Part shown: in pieces, positions 19,649-29,688 of the stretch
Numbering within the stretch: position 1 is the first letter of the stretch
How the letters are laid out: each line of letters begins with the position of its first letter
DNA from: Planctomycetales bacterium 71-10
GTDB lineage: Bacteria > Planctomycetota > Planctomycetia > Isosphaerales > Isosphaeraceae
Reading direction: 5' to 3'
Assembly (NCBI GenBank): GCA_001898385.1
Contig: MKTT01000061.1
Span: forward strand, 22,856 to 86,855
DNA: 64,000 bases
Program-made: the position numbers and the translations under genes
The notes under the pieces: model-generated
What the model saw: only the letters and a program-made list of their open reading frames with translations
What the model was told of the DNA's origin: nothing
Database searches by the model: none

Positions 19649-20009
19649 CGCCCGGCCCGAGGCTCGACCTCGCCGCGACGACCGGGCGGGCCCTCGGTGC
19701 GCACGCCCCGAGTGCCGACGCGCCCTCGTACCCCGTTCCCGGATGCGATGTCGCATCTCGGCCGCCCCGACGACGATCCGGGGAGGCATCGGGCCTCTTC
19801 CCCCCTCATCACGAAGGGGGGCCATGCCGCCAAACAAACAGGCTTCGACGAAGCGTCCCGACGACCCTCGGGGCGCGATGCAAGCCCGTCACGGCCCATG
19901 GGGCGGCGGTCTCGGGCTGCGCCCCGGCGACGCTGAGGGCGCAGGAAATGGCCCGAGGTCCGTCGCATCTCGACGGGCCTCGGGCCGTTGTCTTGCGGGG
20001 GCCGGGGGC

Positions 20010-20750
20010 TCAGATGGGGGGGGCCGCCTCGCCGCCGCCTTCGCCGCCCTCGCCGTCGTCTTCCTGGCCGCCGCTGAAGGCCTGGCGGGCGGGGTCGCCG
20101 ACCAGGAAGTTCTCCAGGGTGAGGCCGATCTTCGGGCTGATGGAGTTCTTCTCGGTCTTGGGATACTCGAAGATCAGCGCCACCTTGTACGGCGTGGTCT
20201 TGGAGCCGTAGAGATAGACCTGCATCTCCTTGTCCCCCCGGTCGATCGTCTTGGCCAGGAAGGTGTTGGCCTGACGCCTCGCCTTGACCTGCTTGGTCTC
20301 GGGCTTGAACTGGCTCAGTTCGACCTCCGCCCCGGTCTGATTCTTGATCAGTTCGACGACCTCTTCGTTGAAGTCGCCGCGCGGCGGGGGCTCCGGCTGG
20401 GGGGGGGCGTCCTTCTTGGGGGCGGCCTTGGGCCTGTCGACGCGGGCGAGGACGTGCAGGCTCTGCCGGTCCCCTTCCAGGAAGGAGTTCTCAAGATCGA
20501 ACCGGCCGGCCTCGATGGCGGCGAACTGGAACGTCTGGGTGGGGCCCTGGAGGTTCTGCGGCGGGCGCAGGTAGATCCCCAGTTCCTCCATCTTGCCCTT
20601 GGCCACGGGCGGGGTCAGGTTGGCGTTCAGCCGCTTGTCGTACTTGATCCGTTCCAGCGTCTGCTCGATGCGGTAGTCGTAGTTCTTCATCCCGCAGCCG
20701 ATCGCCAGGAGCATTCCGAAGCTGATCAGCATCGCCCGTGCGCGTTTCAT
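20010..20750 (-). CDS. Hypothetical lipoprotein
   Basis: MKRARAMLISFGMLLAIGC lipobox; strongly biased codon usage. Confidence 0.75.
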   Translation of the reverse strand: MKRARAMLISFGMLLAIGCGMKNYDYRIEQTLERIKYDKRLNANLTPPVAKGKMEELGIYLRPPQNLQGPTQTFQFAAIEAGRFDLENSFLEGDRQSLHVLARVDRPKAAPKKDAPPQPEPPPRGDFNEEVVELIKNQTGAEVELSQFKPETKQVKARRQANTFLAKTIDRGDKEMQVYLYGSKTTPYKVALIFEYPKTEKNSISPKIGLTLENFLVGDPARQAFSGGQEDDGEGGEGGGEAAPPI

Positions 20751-20898
20751 CAACGAAAGCCCCTCTCGTCTCGTCCCGCCCCGCTCGCCGACGACCCCGG
20801 CGCGTTCCCGGGAGGCCGGGCCCGTGGTAATCTCAGAATCATAGTCCTCCGGCGGGGCCGACGCCAGTCGCCCGCCGTGATTGGCAGGAGCCGCCGCG

Positions 20899-21255
20899 AT
20901 GCCCGAGCCCGCCGAGACCGATGAGCACGATCCCGGGTCGGCCCCGGTCCAGATCATCGCCCTGGTGAAGCCCTTCCGCGCCCAGGCCGTGCTGGCGGCG
21001 CTGGAGTCGGTGGAGATCCTGGGGGGCGTCGTGCGCGAGGCGATGGGGTACGGGCGGCAGAAGAACCGGCTCCACCAGTACCTCGGGAGCGAGTACAACA
21101 CGTCGTTCCTCCCGAAGGTCGAGCTGACGATCTTCGTGGAGGAGCGGCACCTGGCCGCGGCGCTGCGGGCGATCGCCGAGCAGGCCCGGACCGGCCGCAT
21201 CGGCGACGGCAAGATCCTGATCTTGCGCTGCCACCCCGATTACCTGGCCTGGTGA
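20899..21255 (+). CDS. P-II family signalling protein (non-canonical C-terminus)
   Basis: KPF, GYGRQK, SEY (T-loop Tyr), FLPKVEL, GRIGDGKI. Confidence 0.88.
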   Translation: MPEPAETDEHDPGSAPVQIIALVKPFRAQAVLAALESVEILGGVVREAMGYGRQKNRLHQYLGSEYNTSFLPKVELTIFVEERHLAAALRAIAEQARTGRIGDGKILILRCHPDYLAW

Positions 21256-21271
21256 AATGGGCGCGGCTCGA

Positions 21272-22078
21272 TCAGCGAGCCGCCTCGATCCAGAGGACCC
21301 GGCGGATCGAGGCCGGGTCGTCGTCGGCCAGGTCGACGCGCATCGGCCGCTCGCATTCGTCCTCGGCGCGGAGCACGCCGTGGTCGCCGCGGTCCTCGAA
21401 CCAGCGGACGAAGACCTGGCCGTCCATCCGGGCCACGACCATGCGGCCGTCGAGCGCCGTGGGGGGCTCGGCCTCGGCGGCGAACGCGACCGTCATGCCG
21501 CGCGTCAGCACCGGCCCCATGGCGTCGTCCGGGACCGCCAGGCAGCGGCCCTCGCGACGGGCCTGGAGCCACTCGCGCTCGCCCCGGCCGCGATCGGCGC
21601 GGAGCATGTCGCGGTCCGGCGCGGAGGACGCGCGGGGCGGGCCGTCGAGCTTGCCGTCGGCCTCGCCCGCCGGCGAACGCCCCGACTCCAGGAACCGGGC
21701 CGTGGCGGACCCCGGCTCGGGGGGGGCCCCCCCCTCCAGGAGCTGGAGCGCGGTCCGCAGGAGGGCGCCGACCATCACGGCGGGCTGGGATGAGGGATCG
21801 CCGCGCTCCTGGCGGTGGGACGGGCGGAACTTCGGACCCTTGCCGCGCAGCAGCCAGCCGGGCTCGGCCGACGTCAGCTCGATGATCTTGAGCACGACCT
21901 CGGCGGGGACGGTGACGCCCCCTTCATAGTTGTACCAGGTGCGGACGGGGATCCCGAGCCGCCGGGCCATCTCCGGCCCCCCGCGATCGCCGAACAATTC
22001 CAGGCGCAGGGCCGTCAGCCTCTCGGCGAGCTCGAGCTTGGCCCGCAGGGACTCCGGGAGGGTTTTTCGCCGAGCCAT
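21272..22078 (-). CDS. XRE-HTH regulator with degenerate S24/LexA-like C-terminal domain
   Basis: EMARRLGIPVRTWYNYEGG HTH, WLLRGKGP linker, C-terminal AVPDDAMGP...VVARMDGQVFVRW. Confidence 0.75.
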   Translation of the reverse strand: MARRKTLPESLRAKLELAERLTALRLELFGDRGGPEMARRLGIPVRTWYNYEGGVTVPAEVVLKIIELTSAEPGWLLRGKGPKFRPSHRQERGDPSSQPAVMVGALLRTALQLLEGGAPPEPGSATARFLESGRSPAGEADGKLDGPPRASSAPDRDMLRADRGRGEREWLQARREGRCLAVPDDAMGPVLTRGMTVAFAAEAEPPTALDGRMVVARMDGQVFVRWFEDRGDHGVLRAEDECERPMRVDLADDDPASIRRVLWIEAAR

Positions 22079-22264
22079 TTGGAGGATCCCATCCTGCAAG
22101 GAGGCCGTCTACCGGTCGTCGAGGAAGCTCCCCAATCGCGCCTCGGATCGAGGAGGCGGCGCGACGGGGCCATTTATAGCAGAGGCTCGGCCGACGTCCA
22201 AGATGGAAGCGGTGATGATGATAAACGTCAACATCCGGCGGGCGCGGCCGTGCCGAAGCCCGCG

Positions 22265-22897
22265 TCAGTCCTCTTCATCGAGCTTGAGGTCCATCAGGAA
22301 CTGCGCGACGGCGTCGTCCTCGCCCGCGCCCGCCTCGGTCGCGAGATCGACCGTCTCCTCCTCGGCGGGCTTGGCCTTCGCCGGGGCGGCCTTCTTGGCG
22401 GGGGCGGGAGACGGCGGGGCCTCGTCGTCGAGCGGGATCACGTCGTCGAGGCCCATGTTGAAGCCGTCGTCGTCCTCGGCGGCGACGCTGACCTCGAAGT
22501 CGTCGGCCTCGTCGACCTCGACGGCGTCCGCCACCTCCTCCAGCTCGGCGGTGTCGTTCGCGGGCGTCGCGACCGGGGCGGGGGCCCCGGCCCCGGCGGC
22601 GCCGCCGGCCGGGTCGACGCGGAGCGCCACGCCGCCGATCGAGATCACGTCGCCCACCTTCAAGGGCTGCTGCCCCAGCACCCGCAGGCCGTTCACGTAG
22701 GTGCCGTTGGAACTCCCCAGGTCGCGGACCATCAGCCGGCCGTCGGCCTCGAAGATCTCGCAATGCCGCCGGCTCACCTGCGACGAGCGGATCCGGATGA
22801 CGCAGTCGTCATGCCGGCCCACGCTGTTGACGCCGTCGATCAGCCTGAGGGCGGTGACGTCGCTCCGCCCCTTCAGGACCTGGAGTGTGTAATTCAT
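22265..22897 (-). CDS. FHA domain protein with acidic disordered tail
   Basis: VGRHDDC, VSRRHC, DLGSSNGTYVNG. Confidence 0.92.
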   Translation of the reverse strand: MNYTLQVLKGRSDVTALRLIDGVNSVGRHDDCVIRIRSSQVSRRHCEIFEADGRLMVRDLGSSNGTYVNGLRVLGQQPLKVGDVISIGGVALRVDPAGGAAGAGAPAPVATPANDTAELEEVADAVEVDEADDFEVSVAAEDDDGFNMGLDDVIPLDDEAPPSPAPAKKAAPAKAKPAEEETVDLATEAGAGEDDAVAQFLMDLKLDEED

Positions 22898-23080
22898 CGC
22901 GAATCGATCTCGCCTGCTTCGGGACCGCGAAGAGTCGTCGCGAGGGCGGTCGGGGGGGACCGCCGGGGCGCTCGCGTCTGTCGTTCGAACCTACATTCTG
23001 GGCGACGCGCGAGCAAATGGAAAGCCCTCGGGCGGCCGAGCCGCCCCGCCGGGGAAATCCGAGATTTCGGGGCCGGCCGC

Positions 23081-23108
23081 TTGCATTCCCGGAGACGGCC
23101 GATATAGT
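23081..23108 (+). promoter_or_regulatory. Sigma70-type promoter for tRNA-Gly/tig-clpP
   Basis: TTGCAT-N16-TATAGT upstream of tRNA-Gly. Confidence 0.65.
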
Positions 23109-23186
23109 AGGTCTACCGCCTGACGAGAGGGGCCGAAAACGCCCCTCACCCCAAGTCGGCGGCCGCGGTCCTGAAGGCCGAGATAC

Positions 23187-23258
23187 GCGGGAGTAGCTCA
23201 GGGGTAGAGCACCACGTTGCCAACGTGGTTGTCGTGGGTTCAAATCCCATCTCCCGCT
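23187..23258 (+). tRNA. tRNA-Gly (GCC)
   Basis: Acceptor GCGGGAG/CTCCCGC; anticodon arm CCACG-TTGCCAA-CGTGG; GGTTCAAATCC; CCA not encoded. Confidence 0.95.
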
Positions 23259-23361
23259 CTCTTGAATAGCCATCTGGGTTGGCCGTTTTCGCTCGAGCGC
23301 GTCGGTTGCGTGTTGGCGAGTCAAGCCGCCCAGCCCGACGTGAACCGAGGAAACGCCTCTC

Positions 23362-24840
23362 ATGACACCCGGCGAAGAGCTTCAGTCGACCGCCGTCGAG
23401 CCCACCGAAGCCGAGGCGGCCCAGGCCGAGCCCGAGAAGAGGAAGCTCGAGATCGACGTCCAGGTCTCGGACGCCGGTGCCTGCAAGAAGCACGTCACGA
23501 TCACGATCCCTCGGGCGGAAATCGACCGCCAGTATGAGGAGTCGCTCAAGACCCTCCAGAAGGAAGCCCAGGTCCCGGGCTTCCGCCCCGGCCGCGCCCC
23601 CAAGACGCTGGTCGTGAAGCGGTTCAAGAAGCAGGTCGGCGATCAGGTCAAGTCGGCCCTGCTGATGGAGACGCTGGAGCAGGTCGACCGCGACTACCAG
23701 CTCAACCCCATCACCCAGCCCAAGCTGGACGTCGCCGCCATCGCCCTCCCCGACGAAGGGCCCCTCACCTTCGACATGGAAGTGGAGGTCCGCCCCGAGT
23801 TCGCCGCCCCGGCGTACCAGGGCCTGAAGGTCAAGCGTCCCGTCCGGACCGTGTCGGACAAGGACGTCGACGTCCAGTATGACCGCTTCCTGGAGCGTTA
23901 CGCCCGCGTCGTCCCCAAGCTCGAAGGCGGGGCCGAGATCGGCGACTACGTCACGGCCGACCTGGCCTTCCTCCGCGAGGACGGCTCGACGATCAACGAG
24001 GTCAAGGAGATCCAGTTCCGGCTCCAGCCGGAGCTGCGGTTCCAGGACGGCCGCGTCCCCGAGATGGGCAAGGCCCTCGCCGGGGTCAAGCCGGGCGAGG
24101 CCCGCGACGCCGAGGCCGAGCTGGGGACCGCCGTCTCCGACCCGTCGCTCCGCGGCGCCAAGGTGAAGGTCAAGGCCGACGTCCATGACCTGAAGACGCT
24201 GGAACTCCCGCACGTCGACCACGAGTTCCTCCAGGGCATCGGCTTCGAGAGCGTCGACGAGCTGCGCGACGCCGTCCGCGACGCCCTGGTGCGCCGCGTC
24301 GAGGCCCAGCAGCGCCAGGCCGTCCGCCGCCAGGTGCTCGACGCCCTGATCGACGCCACCCCCTTCGAACTCCCCCCCGACCTGGTCTCCCGCCAGGAGA
24401 AGAGCACCGCCAGCCGGCTCGTGATGGAGCTGCGCGAGGAGGGCTTCTCCCCCGAGGACATCCGCGCCCGCCAGGCCGAGATCCGGGCCAACGCCCACGA
24501 GATGACCCTGCGGTCGCTCAAGGAGTTCTTCATCCTCGCCAAGATCGCCGAGGCCGAGGACATCAAGGTCGAGGCCGAGGACCTGGAGGCCGAGATCGAG
24601 GCGATGGCCGAGCGCTCGGGCGAGAGCGTCCGCCGCGTCCGCGCCCGGGTGGAGAAGGAGGGCCTCGACGACGCCCTCGCCACCCAGATCCTGGAGCGCC
24701 GCGCCCTCGACCACATCCTCAAGTCGGTCGAGTATGAGGACGTCGCGGCCGACGAGCCCGAGGTCGCCGTCGAGACCCTCGACGAGGCCGCCACCCCCGA
24801 GACGGAAGCCGGGGAATCCGACGAGACCGCCCCGGAGTGA
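23362..24840 (+). CDS. tig: Trigger factor
   Basis: VPGFRPGRAP ribosome-binding signature; FKBP-like middle domain; upstream of clpP. Confidence 0.95.
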   Translation: MTPGEELQSTAVEPTEAEAAQAEPEKRKLEIDVQVSDAGACKKHVTITIPRAEIDRQYEESLKTLQKEAQVPGFRPGRAPKTLVVKRFKKQVGDQVKSALLMETLEQVDRDYQLNPITQPKLDVAAIALPDEGPLTFDMEVEVRPEFAAPAYQGLKVKRPVRTVSDKDVDVQYDRFLERYARVVPKLEGGAEIGDYVTADLAFLREDGSTINEVKEIQFRLQPELRFQDGRVPEMGKALAGVKPGEARDAEAELGTAVSDPSLRGAKVKVKADVHDLKTLELPHVDHEFLQGIGFESVDELRDAVRDALVRRVEAQQRQAVRRQVLDALIDATPFELPPDLVSRQEKSTASRLVMELREEGFSPEDIRARQAEIRANAHEMTLRSLKEFFILAKIAEAEDIKVEAEDLEAEIEAMAERSGESVRRVRARVEKEGLDDALATQILERRALDHILKSVEYEDVAADEPEVAVETLDEAATPETEAGESDETAPE

Positions 24841-24947
24841 CCCGGCCGGAGCGGACCCCCTTGAATTTCGGCCGCCGGCCCCTTCAATAACACCATGAAG
24901 GGCCGCGCGGCCGTCTCGCCCCCACTCGTCACCGAAAGGGATCGTCC

Positions 24948-25598
24948 ATGGCCTTCGACCACCCGCTGGCGGAACCGAAGCTCCAGCGCTATCGCGACTA
25001 CGCGCGCCAGAGGCAGATGACCCTCGGCGACCTGCTGCTCGAGAACCGGATCGTGTTCCTGGAAGGCGTGATCGACGACGGCGTCGCCAACGCGGCCGTC
25101 ATGAAGTTCCTCTACCTCCAGTACGAGAACCGGACGCAGGGGATCAGCTTCTACATCAACAGCCCCGGCGGCAGCGTCAGCAGCACGCTGGCGATCTACG
25201 ACACGATGCAGTTCATCGAGTGCCAGATCGCCACCTATTGCATCGGCCTGGCGGCCTCCGGTGCCGCGGTCCTGCTGGCCGGCGGCAGCAAGGGCCGGCG
25301 CTTCTCGCTCCCCCACTCCAAGATCATGATCCACCAGCCCTACGGGCAGGTCGGCGGCCAGGTCTCGGACATCGAGATCCAGGCCGAGGAGATCGTCAAG
25401 AGCCGCCACGTCATCAACGAGATCCTCGCCCGCCACACGGGCCAGCCCATCGAGCGGATCGCCAAGGACACCGAGCGCGACCGCTACCTGACCGCCAATC
25501 AGGCCAAGGAATACGGCCTGGTCGATCAGGTCGTGGGCCGCATCGACGGCATCAAGGGCGTCGACGGCGTCACCCCGCCGGCCCCCGGCTCCTATTGA
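24948..25598 (+). CDS. clpP: ATP-dependent Clp protease proteolytic subunit (paralog 1)
   Basis: [16 protein letters not shown], catalytic Ser in AASG, MIHQP, RDRY. Confidence 0.93.
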   Translation: MAFDHPLAEPKLQRYRDYARQRQMTLGDLLLENRIVFLEGVIDDGVANAAVMKFLYLQYENRTQGISFYINSPGGSVSSTLAIYDTMQFIECQIATYCIGLAASGAAVLLAGGSKGRRFSLPHSKIMIHQPYGQVGGQVSDIEIQAEEIVKSRHVINEILARHTGQPIERIAKDTERDRYLTANQAKEYGLVDQVVGRIDGIKGVDGVTPPAPGSY

Positions 25599-25680
25599 TT
25601 CGATCCGGGACGAGGACGAACTCCACCGCGGCGTCGGGCCGGCAACGCCCGACGCAACGCCTGTCCGAGGGCTCACACCG

Positions 25681-26301
25681 ATGCCACTGGTTCCCATCGT
25701 CATCGAGCGCAGCGGCCGCGAAGAGCGGGCGATGGACATCTACTCGCGCCTGCTCCAGGACCGCATCATCATCCTGGGGACCGCGATCGACGACAACGTC
25801 GCCAACCTGGTCGTCGCCCAGATGCTCGTCCTGGCCCACCAGGACGCCAAGGCCGACATCCACCTGTACATCAACAGCCCCGGCGGCAGCGTGACCGCCG
25901 GCATGGCGATCTACGACACGATGCAGTGGGTCCCCTGCGACGTCGCCACCTACTGCATGGGCCAGTGCGCCAGCATGGGCTCCCTCCTCATGACCGCCGG
26001 CGCGGCGGGCAAGCGCTACGCCCTGCCCAACAGCCGGATCATGATCCACCAGCCGCTCGCCGGCATGGAAGGGACCGCCACCGAGATCCTGATCCATGCG
26101 GAAGAGTTCATCCGCATGAAGAAGGCCCTCAACGACATCTACCGCAAGCACACCGGCCAGACCCTGGAACGCCTCCAGGAAGACACCGACCGCGACCGCT
26201 TCATGTCGCCCCAGGAGGCGAAGGAGTACGGCCTGATCGACCACGTCGTCGACCGCGCCCCCGCCTTCCCGACCAAGACCGACGAGCCCGAGAAGTCCTG
26301 A
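25681..26301 (+). CDS. clpP: ATP-dependent Clp protease proteolytic subunit (paralog 2)
   Basis: [37 protein letters not shown]. Confidence 0.96.
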   Translation: MPLVPIVIERSGREERAMDIYSRLLQDRIIILGTAIDDNVANLVVAQMLVLAHQDAKADIHLYINSPGGSVTAGMAIYDTMQWVPCDVATYCMGQCASMGSLLMTAGAAGKRYALPNSRIMIHQPLAGMEGTATEILIHAEEFIRMKKALNDIYRKHTGQTLERLQEDTDRDRFMSPQEAKEYGLIDHVVDRAPAFPTKTDEPEKS

Positions 26302-26333
26302 CTTCGGCCCCGCTCGTCCTATACGCCCCGATC

Positions 26334-26362
26334 ACGCCGCGTCCGACCGACGCGGCGTTTTT
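26334..26362 (+). terminator. Intrinsic terminator after clpP
   Basis: Perfect 10-bp stem ACGCCGCGTC-CGACC-GACGCGGCGT followed by TTTT. Confidence 0.8.
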
Positions 26363-26415
26363 CATGCGCGGGCGTTGCAGGATCGGGACGCCCGTCGAGG
26401 ATTTCCGCGGGCCTC

Positions 26416-26447
26416 TTGACTTCGCTTCCGGTCGCCTGTTCAATAGT
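26416..26447 (+). promoter_or_regulatory. Candidate sigma70 promoter for the SWIM-VWA-AAA operon
   Basis: TTGACT then, 17-19 bp later, an AT-rich TTCAATAGT; GGAGG RBS before ATG 26496. Confidence 0.45.
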
Positions 26448-26495
26448 CCATCGTCTGGTCGATGGGATGAATCCTCACATGGGAGGACGGCGGCC

Positions 26496-26963
26496 ATGCT
26501 GGAGCGGGCGAGCGTCGTCGGGGGCGGCATGCCGGCGGGGAGGCGGACGGTGAAGGCCGTGCCGTTCGTGGAGTTGGCGGGGGGGCGGGTGCAGGGGGTG
26601 GTGTCGAGCGGGTCGGACGTCGAGCGGGTGTACGTCTCGTTCATCGCTTCCGGCGGCGATTACTACTGCTGCACGAACAACAACCGGCCTTGCGGCGGGC
26701 TCGGCGGCGGCCCTTGCAAGCATATCCGCGAGATGGTCGACGAGGCCGTCGTCCAGTGCGGCGCGGCTCGCGTGGCCGAGTATCTGGGGATCGCGGAGGC
26801 CCAGGGCCTGGACGACGGCCGGGCCATCCTCGGGGCGTTGCGGGGAGACGAGCGGAAGGAGTCGCCCGGGGAGGTGTTCAGCCGGTTCCTGGGCTACCTC
26901 CGCTATTGCGAACTCCAGGCCAGGCCGGGGACGGTCCTGGAGATGGGCTGGTTCGCGTCATGA
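26496..26963 (+). CDS. Small SWIM-type zinc-finger protein
   Basis: YCCTNNNRPC-x7-CKH Cys/His cluster; ATG at 26496 with GGAGG; stop overlaps next start (ATGA). Confidence 0.8.
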   Translation: MLERASVVGGGMPAGRRTVKAVPFVELAGGRVQGVVSSGSDVERVYVSFIASGGDYYCCTNNNRPCGGLGGGPCKHIREMVDEAVVQCGAARVAEYLGIAEAQGLDDGRAILGALRGDERKESPGEVFSRFLGYLRYCELQARPGTVLEMGWFAS

Positions 26964-28246
26964 ACGCCCTGCAAACCATCCCCCCCGGCGTGGCCGAGGC
27001 GCTGGGGCTGGCCGAAGGCTTCGACGACGCCCTGATGCACGGCTTCGCCCGGCTCGGCGAGGACCAGCGCGGGGGGCTGGAGGCCCTGGCCGGCGTGTTC
27101 GACGGGTCGCCGCTGGGCCCGATCGTGGCCGAGGCGGTCGAGGCCGTCGGCCGGAGCGAGTTCGTCGCCCGCTCGTTCGCGGCGCTCGCGTCGGCCCGGG
27201 TCGCGCTCCTCGGCGCGGCGCACGACGCGCTCGTCGCCCAGGCCCGCGAGGCGCTGGGTCGGGTCGTCCCCGCGCCGGACGAGCCGCCGCCGTCCCCGCC
27301 GAACGGCTCGGCGGCCCTCCTGGCGAGCGTCCAGCAGTGGCTCTCGGAGCTGGCGATCGCGGGGCTGAAACACCTGGAGGAAGACTCCATCGCGCCGTTC
27401 TCCGCGACGCTGGAGAACCTCCAGGCCGTCCCGGAGATGGCCGGGCTCGCGGCGCTGCTGACCGGGTTCGCGAACGAGCTGACGCGGTACGTCCCGGCCT
27501 CGCGACGCCCCGACGTCCCCGCCTTCCGCTGGGGGGATCTCTGGTCCGCCGCGATGGTCCGCACCCACCAGTCGCCCGCCTCGCCGACGTTCCGCGAGGT
27601 CGAAGGCGTCCTGACGCCGCTGGGGCTCGACGTCCAGGCGCACGAGAACTTCCTGTGCGCGATCCTGTACGGGATCCTCGACGACGGCGAGGCCCGCACC
27701 GTCCGCATCCCGTTCAGCTCCTACAAGGTCGACGCCCTCGCGGGCCCCGAGGTCTGGGACCTTTTCGACCCGATCCAGGCGCCCGTGCTGGACGCGCTCG
27801 ACGGCCACAAGACCTTGCAAGTGAAGGGCGAGTTGCGGGCCGACGGCGACCTGATCCTCCGGTCGCCCCCCGAGGTCGGCGCGGCGGCGGACCCCTTCGG
27901 CGCGGCGGAACGGCTCGGGTCGTTGCCAGCGCCGCCGGCCCTCCATCGCCACCCGGTCCACATCGCCGAGCCGATCAAGCTCGCCGTCGGCCACGGCCTG
28001 CCGATCGCCCGCGAACGCCTCGGCGCGGCGAGCGAGCTGACCGAGGCGATCGTCGAGAAGGCCGCCGAGCTGGTCGGCCTGCTCCGATTCGACCGCGGCG
28101 GCTGGCGGTTCCAGCCGCTCTGCGCCGGGGCGAAGAAGAAGTACGTCGTGAGCGGCGAGGGCCTGGCGGGGGCCCGGAAGAAGCTCAAGAACCGCTCGCT
28201 CGACGTGCTCAAGGAACGCTCCGGCCGGCTCCTGCGCAAGGGGTGA
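26960..28246 (+). CDS. Hypothetical protein of the VWA/MoxR operon (428 aa)
   Basis: ATGA-coupled to the SWIM gene; ends 6 bp before the VWA gene; no family motif recognised. Confidence 0.8.
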   Translation: MNALQTIPPGVAEALGLAEGFDDALMHGFARLGEDQRGGLEALAGVFDGSPLGPIVAEAVEAVGRSEFVARSFAALASARVALLGAAHDALVAQAREALGRVVPAPDEPPPSPPNGSAALLASVQQWLSELAIAGLKHLEEDSIAPFSATLENLQAVPEMAGLAALLTGFANELTRYVPASRRPDVPAFRWGDLWSAAMVRTHQSPASPTFREVEGVLTPLGLDVQAHENFLCAILYGILDDGEARTVRIPFSSYKVDALAGPEVWDLFDPIQAPVLDALDGHKTLQVKGELRADGDLILRSPPEVGAAADPFGAAERLGSLPAPPALHRHPVHIAEPIKLAVGHGLPIARERLGAASELTEAIVEKAAELVGLLRFDRGGWRFQPLCAGAKKKYVVSGEGLAGARKKLKNRSLDVLKERSGRLLRKG

Positions 28247-28252
28247 TGCACG

Positions 28253-29665
28253 ATGGGCGACGCGAACGTCCTGAAGCGGCGGCAGATGCTCTACTGGCGG
28301 CTGATCGCCGCCTCGTCGGGCCTGGAAGACGTCGGGGCCGCGTTCGACGCGACGGCCGTCGAGTTGGCCGACCGCCTCGAACTGCCGGCCGCGATCCTCG
28401 ACCCGAACGTCGGCGTCGACGTGCTGCTGCATCGATATCCGAAGCTCAAGCCCGACTTCGACGCCGTCGCCGCGTGCGTCCAGGCCCCGGAAGGCGAAGG
28501 GCAGGGGGGGGCGGACGACGTCGACCTGCGGCGGACGTTCGCCTACTCGAAGCTCCTGCTCAACGTCTTCGGGCCGAACACCCGGACGCCGTCCTGCACC
28601 GCGGGCCAGTACCAGCAGTGGTGCCAGGACGTCGAGGCGCTGGAGCGTTGCATGGGCCTCGCCCCGGGGAGCCTGCGGGCCGGCGCGGGGCCGCCCGGCG
28701 GGGGGGCGGGGCAGACCATGGCGGGGACCAGCGGGGCCGGGATCAGCGGCAACGCCCCGAACGTCGACGATCGTCAGCTCCGCGAGGAGCTGGTGGCGAT
28801 GGAGAGCGACCTCGTCAAGCGCATGGACCTGCGCGAGGTCCTGAAGGACGACCGCCTCGCCGCGCAGCTCACGCCGACGCTGTCGCTGCTGGAACAGCTT
28901 CTTCGCGACAAATCGAACCTGTCGGGGCCGGCCCTGGCCAACGCCAAGCGACTCATCAAGAAGTACGTCGACGACCTGGCCGCGGTCCTCAAGCGGCAGG
29001 TCTTCAGCACGAAGACGGGGGAGATCGACCGCTCCGTCCCGCCGAAACGGGTCTTCCGCAACCTGGACCTCAAGCGGACGGTCTGGAAGAACCTCAAGAA
29101 CTACAACCCGCAGGACGGCCGGCTCTACGTCGACCAGCTCTACTACCGCCGCACCGCCCAGAAATCCCTGAACAAATATTTGATCGTCGTGGTCGATCAG
29201 TCGGGCTCGATGGTCGACGCGATGGTGCAGTGCGCGATCCTGGCGTCGATCTTCGCGACGATCCCGCGCGTGGTGGTCTCGCTGGTGGCGTTCGACACGA
29301 ACGTCATCGACCTGACCCCGTGGGCGGCCGACCCGTTCGAGTCGCTGCTGCGGACCAACCTCGGCGGCGGCAACGACGGGCCGCTGGCGATGCAGCACGC
29401 GCGGGGCCTGATCGTCGACCCCAGGCGCACCACGATGGTCTGGATCTCCGACTTCTACGAGTTCCACAACGACCGGCCGCTGTTCGAGATGATCAAGGCG
29501 GTGAAGCAGTCGGGGGTGCATTTCATCCCGGTCGGCTCGGTCAGCGGCAAGGGCTATTTCAGCGTGAACGAGTGGTTCCGCAAGCAACTGAAGTCGATCG
29601 GGCTGCCGGTCCTCACCGGCAACATCAAGAAGCTCATCGTCGAGCTGAAGAAGCAGCTCAACTGA
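28253..29665 (+). CDS. VWA domain protein (CoxE/YehP-like)
   Basis: MIDAS VVVDQSGSM, VAFDT, LGGGNDG, WISDFYE; helical N-terminus, IDxxxTV-like region. Confidence 0.88.
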   Translation: MGDANVLKRRQMLYWRLIAASSGLEDVGAAFDATAVELADRLELPAAILDPNVGVDVLLHRYPKLKPDFDAVAACVQAPEGEGQGGADDVDLRRTFAYSKLLLNVFGPNTRTPSCTAGQYQQWCQDVEALERCMGLAPGSLRAGAGPPGGGAGQTMAGTSGAGISGNAPNVDDRQLREELVAMESDLVKRMDLREVLKDDRLAAQLTPTLSLLEQLLRDKSNLSGPALANAKRLIKKYVDDLAAVLKRQVFSTKTGEIDRSVPPKRVFRNLDLKRTVWKNLKNYNPQDGRLYVDQLYYRRTAQKSLNKYLIVVVDQSGSMVDAMVQCAILASIFATIPRVVVSLVAFDTNVIDLTPWAADPFESLLRTNLGGGNDGPLAMQHARGLIVDPRRTTMVWISDFYEFHNDRPLFEMIKAVKQSGVHFIPVGSVSGKGYFSVNEWFRKQLKSIGLPVLTGNIKKLIVELKKQLN

Positions 29666-29688
29666 CGCGACCGGATCGGAGGCGAGCC

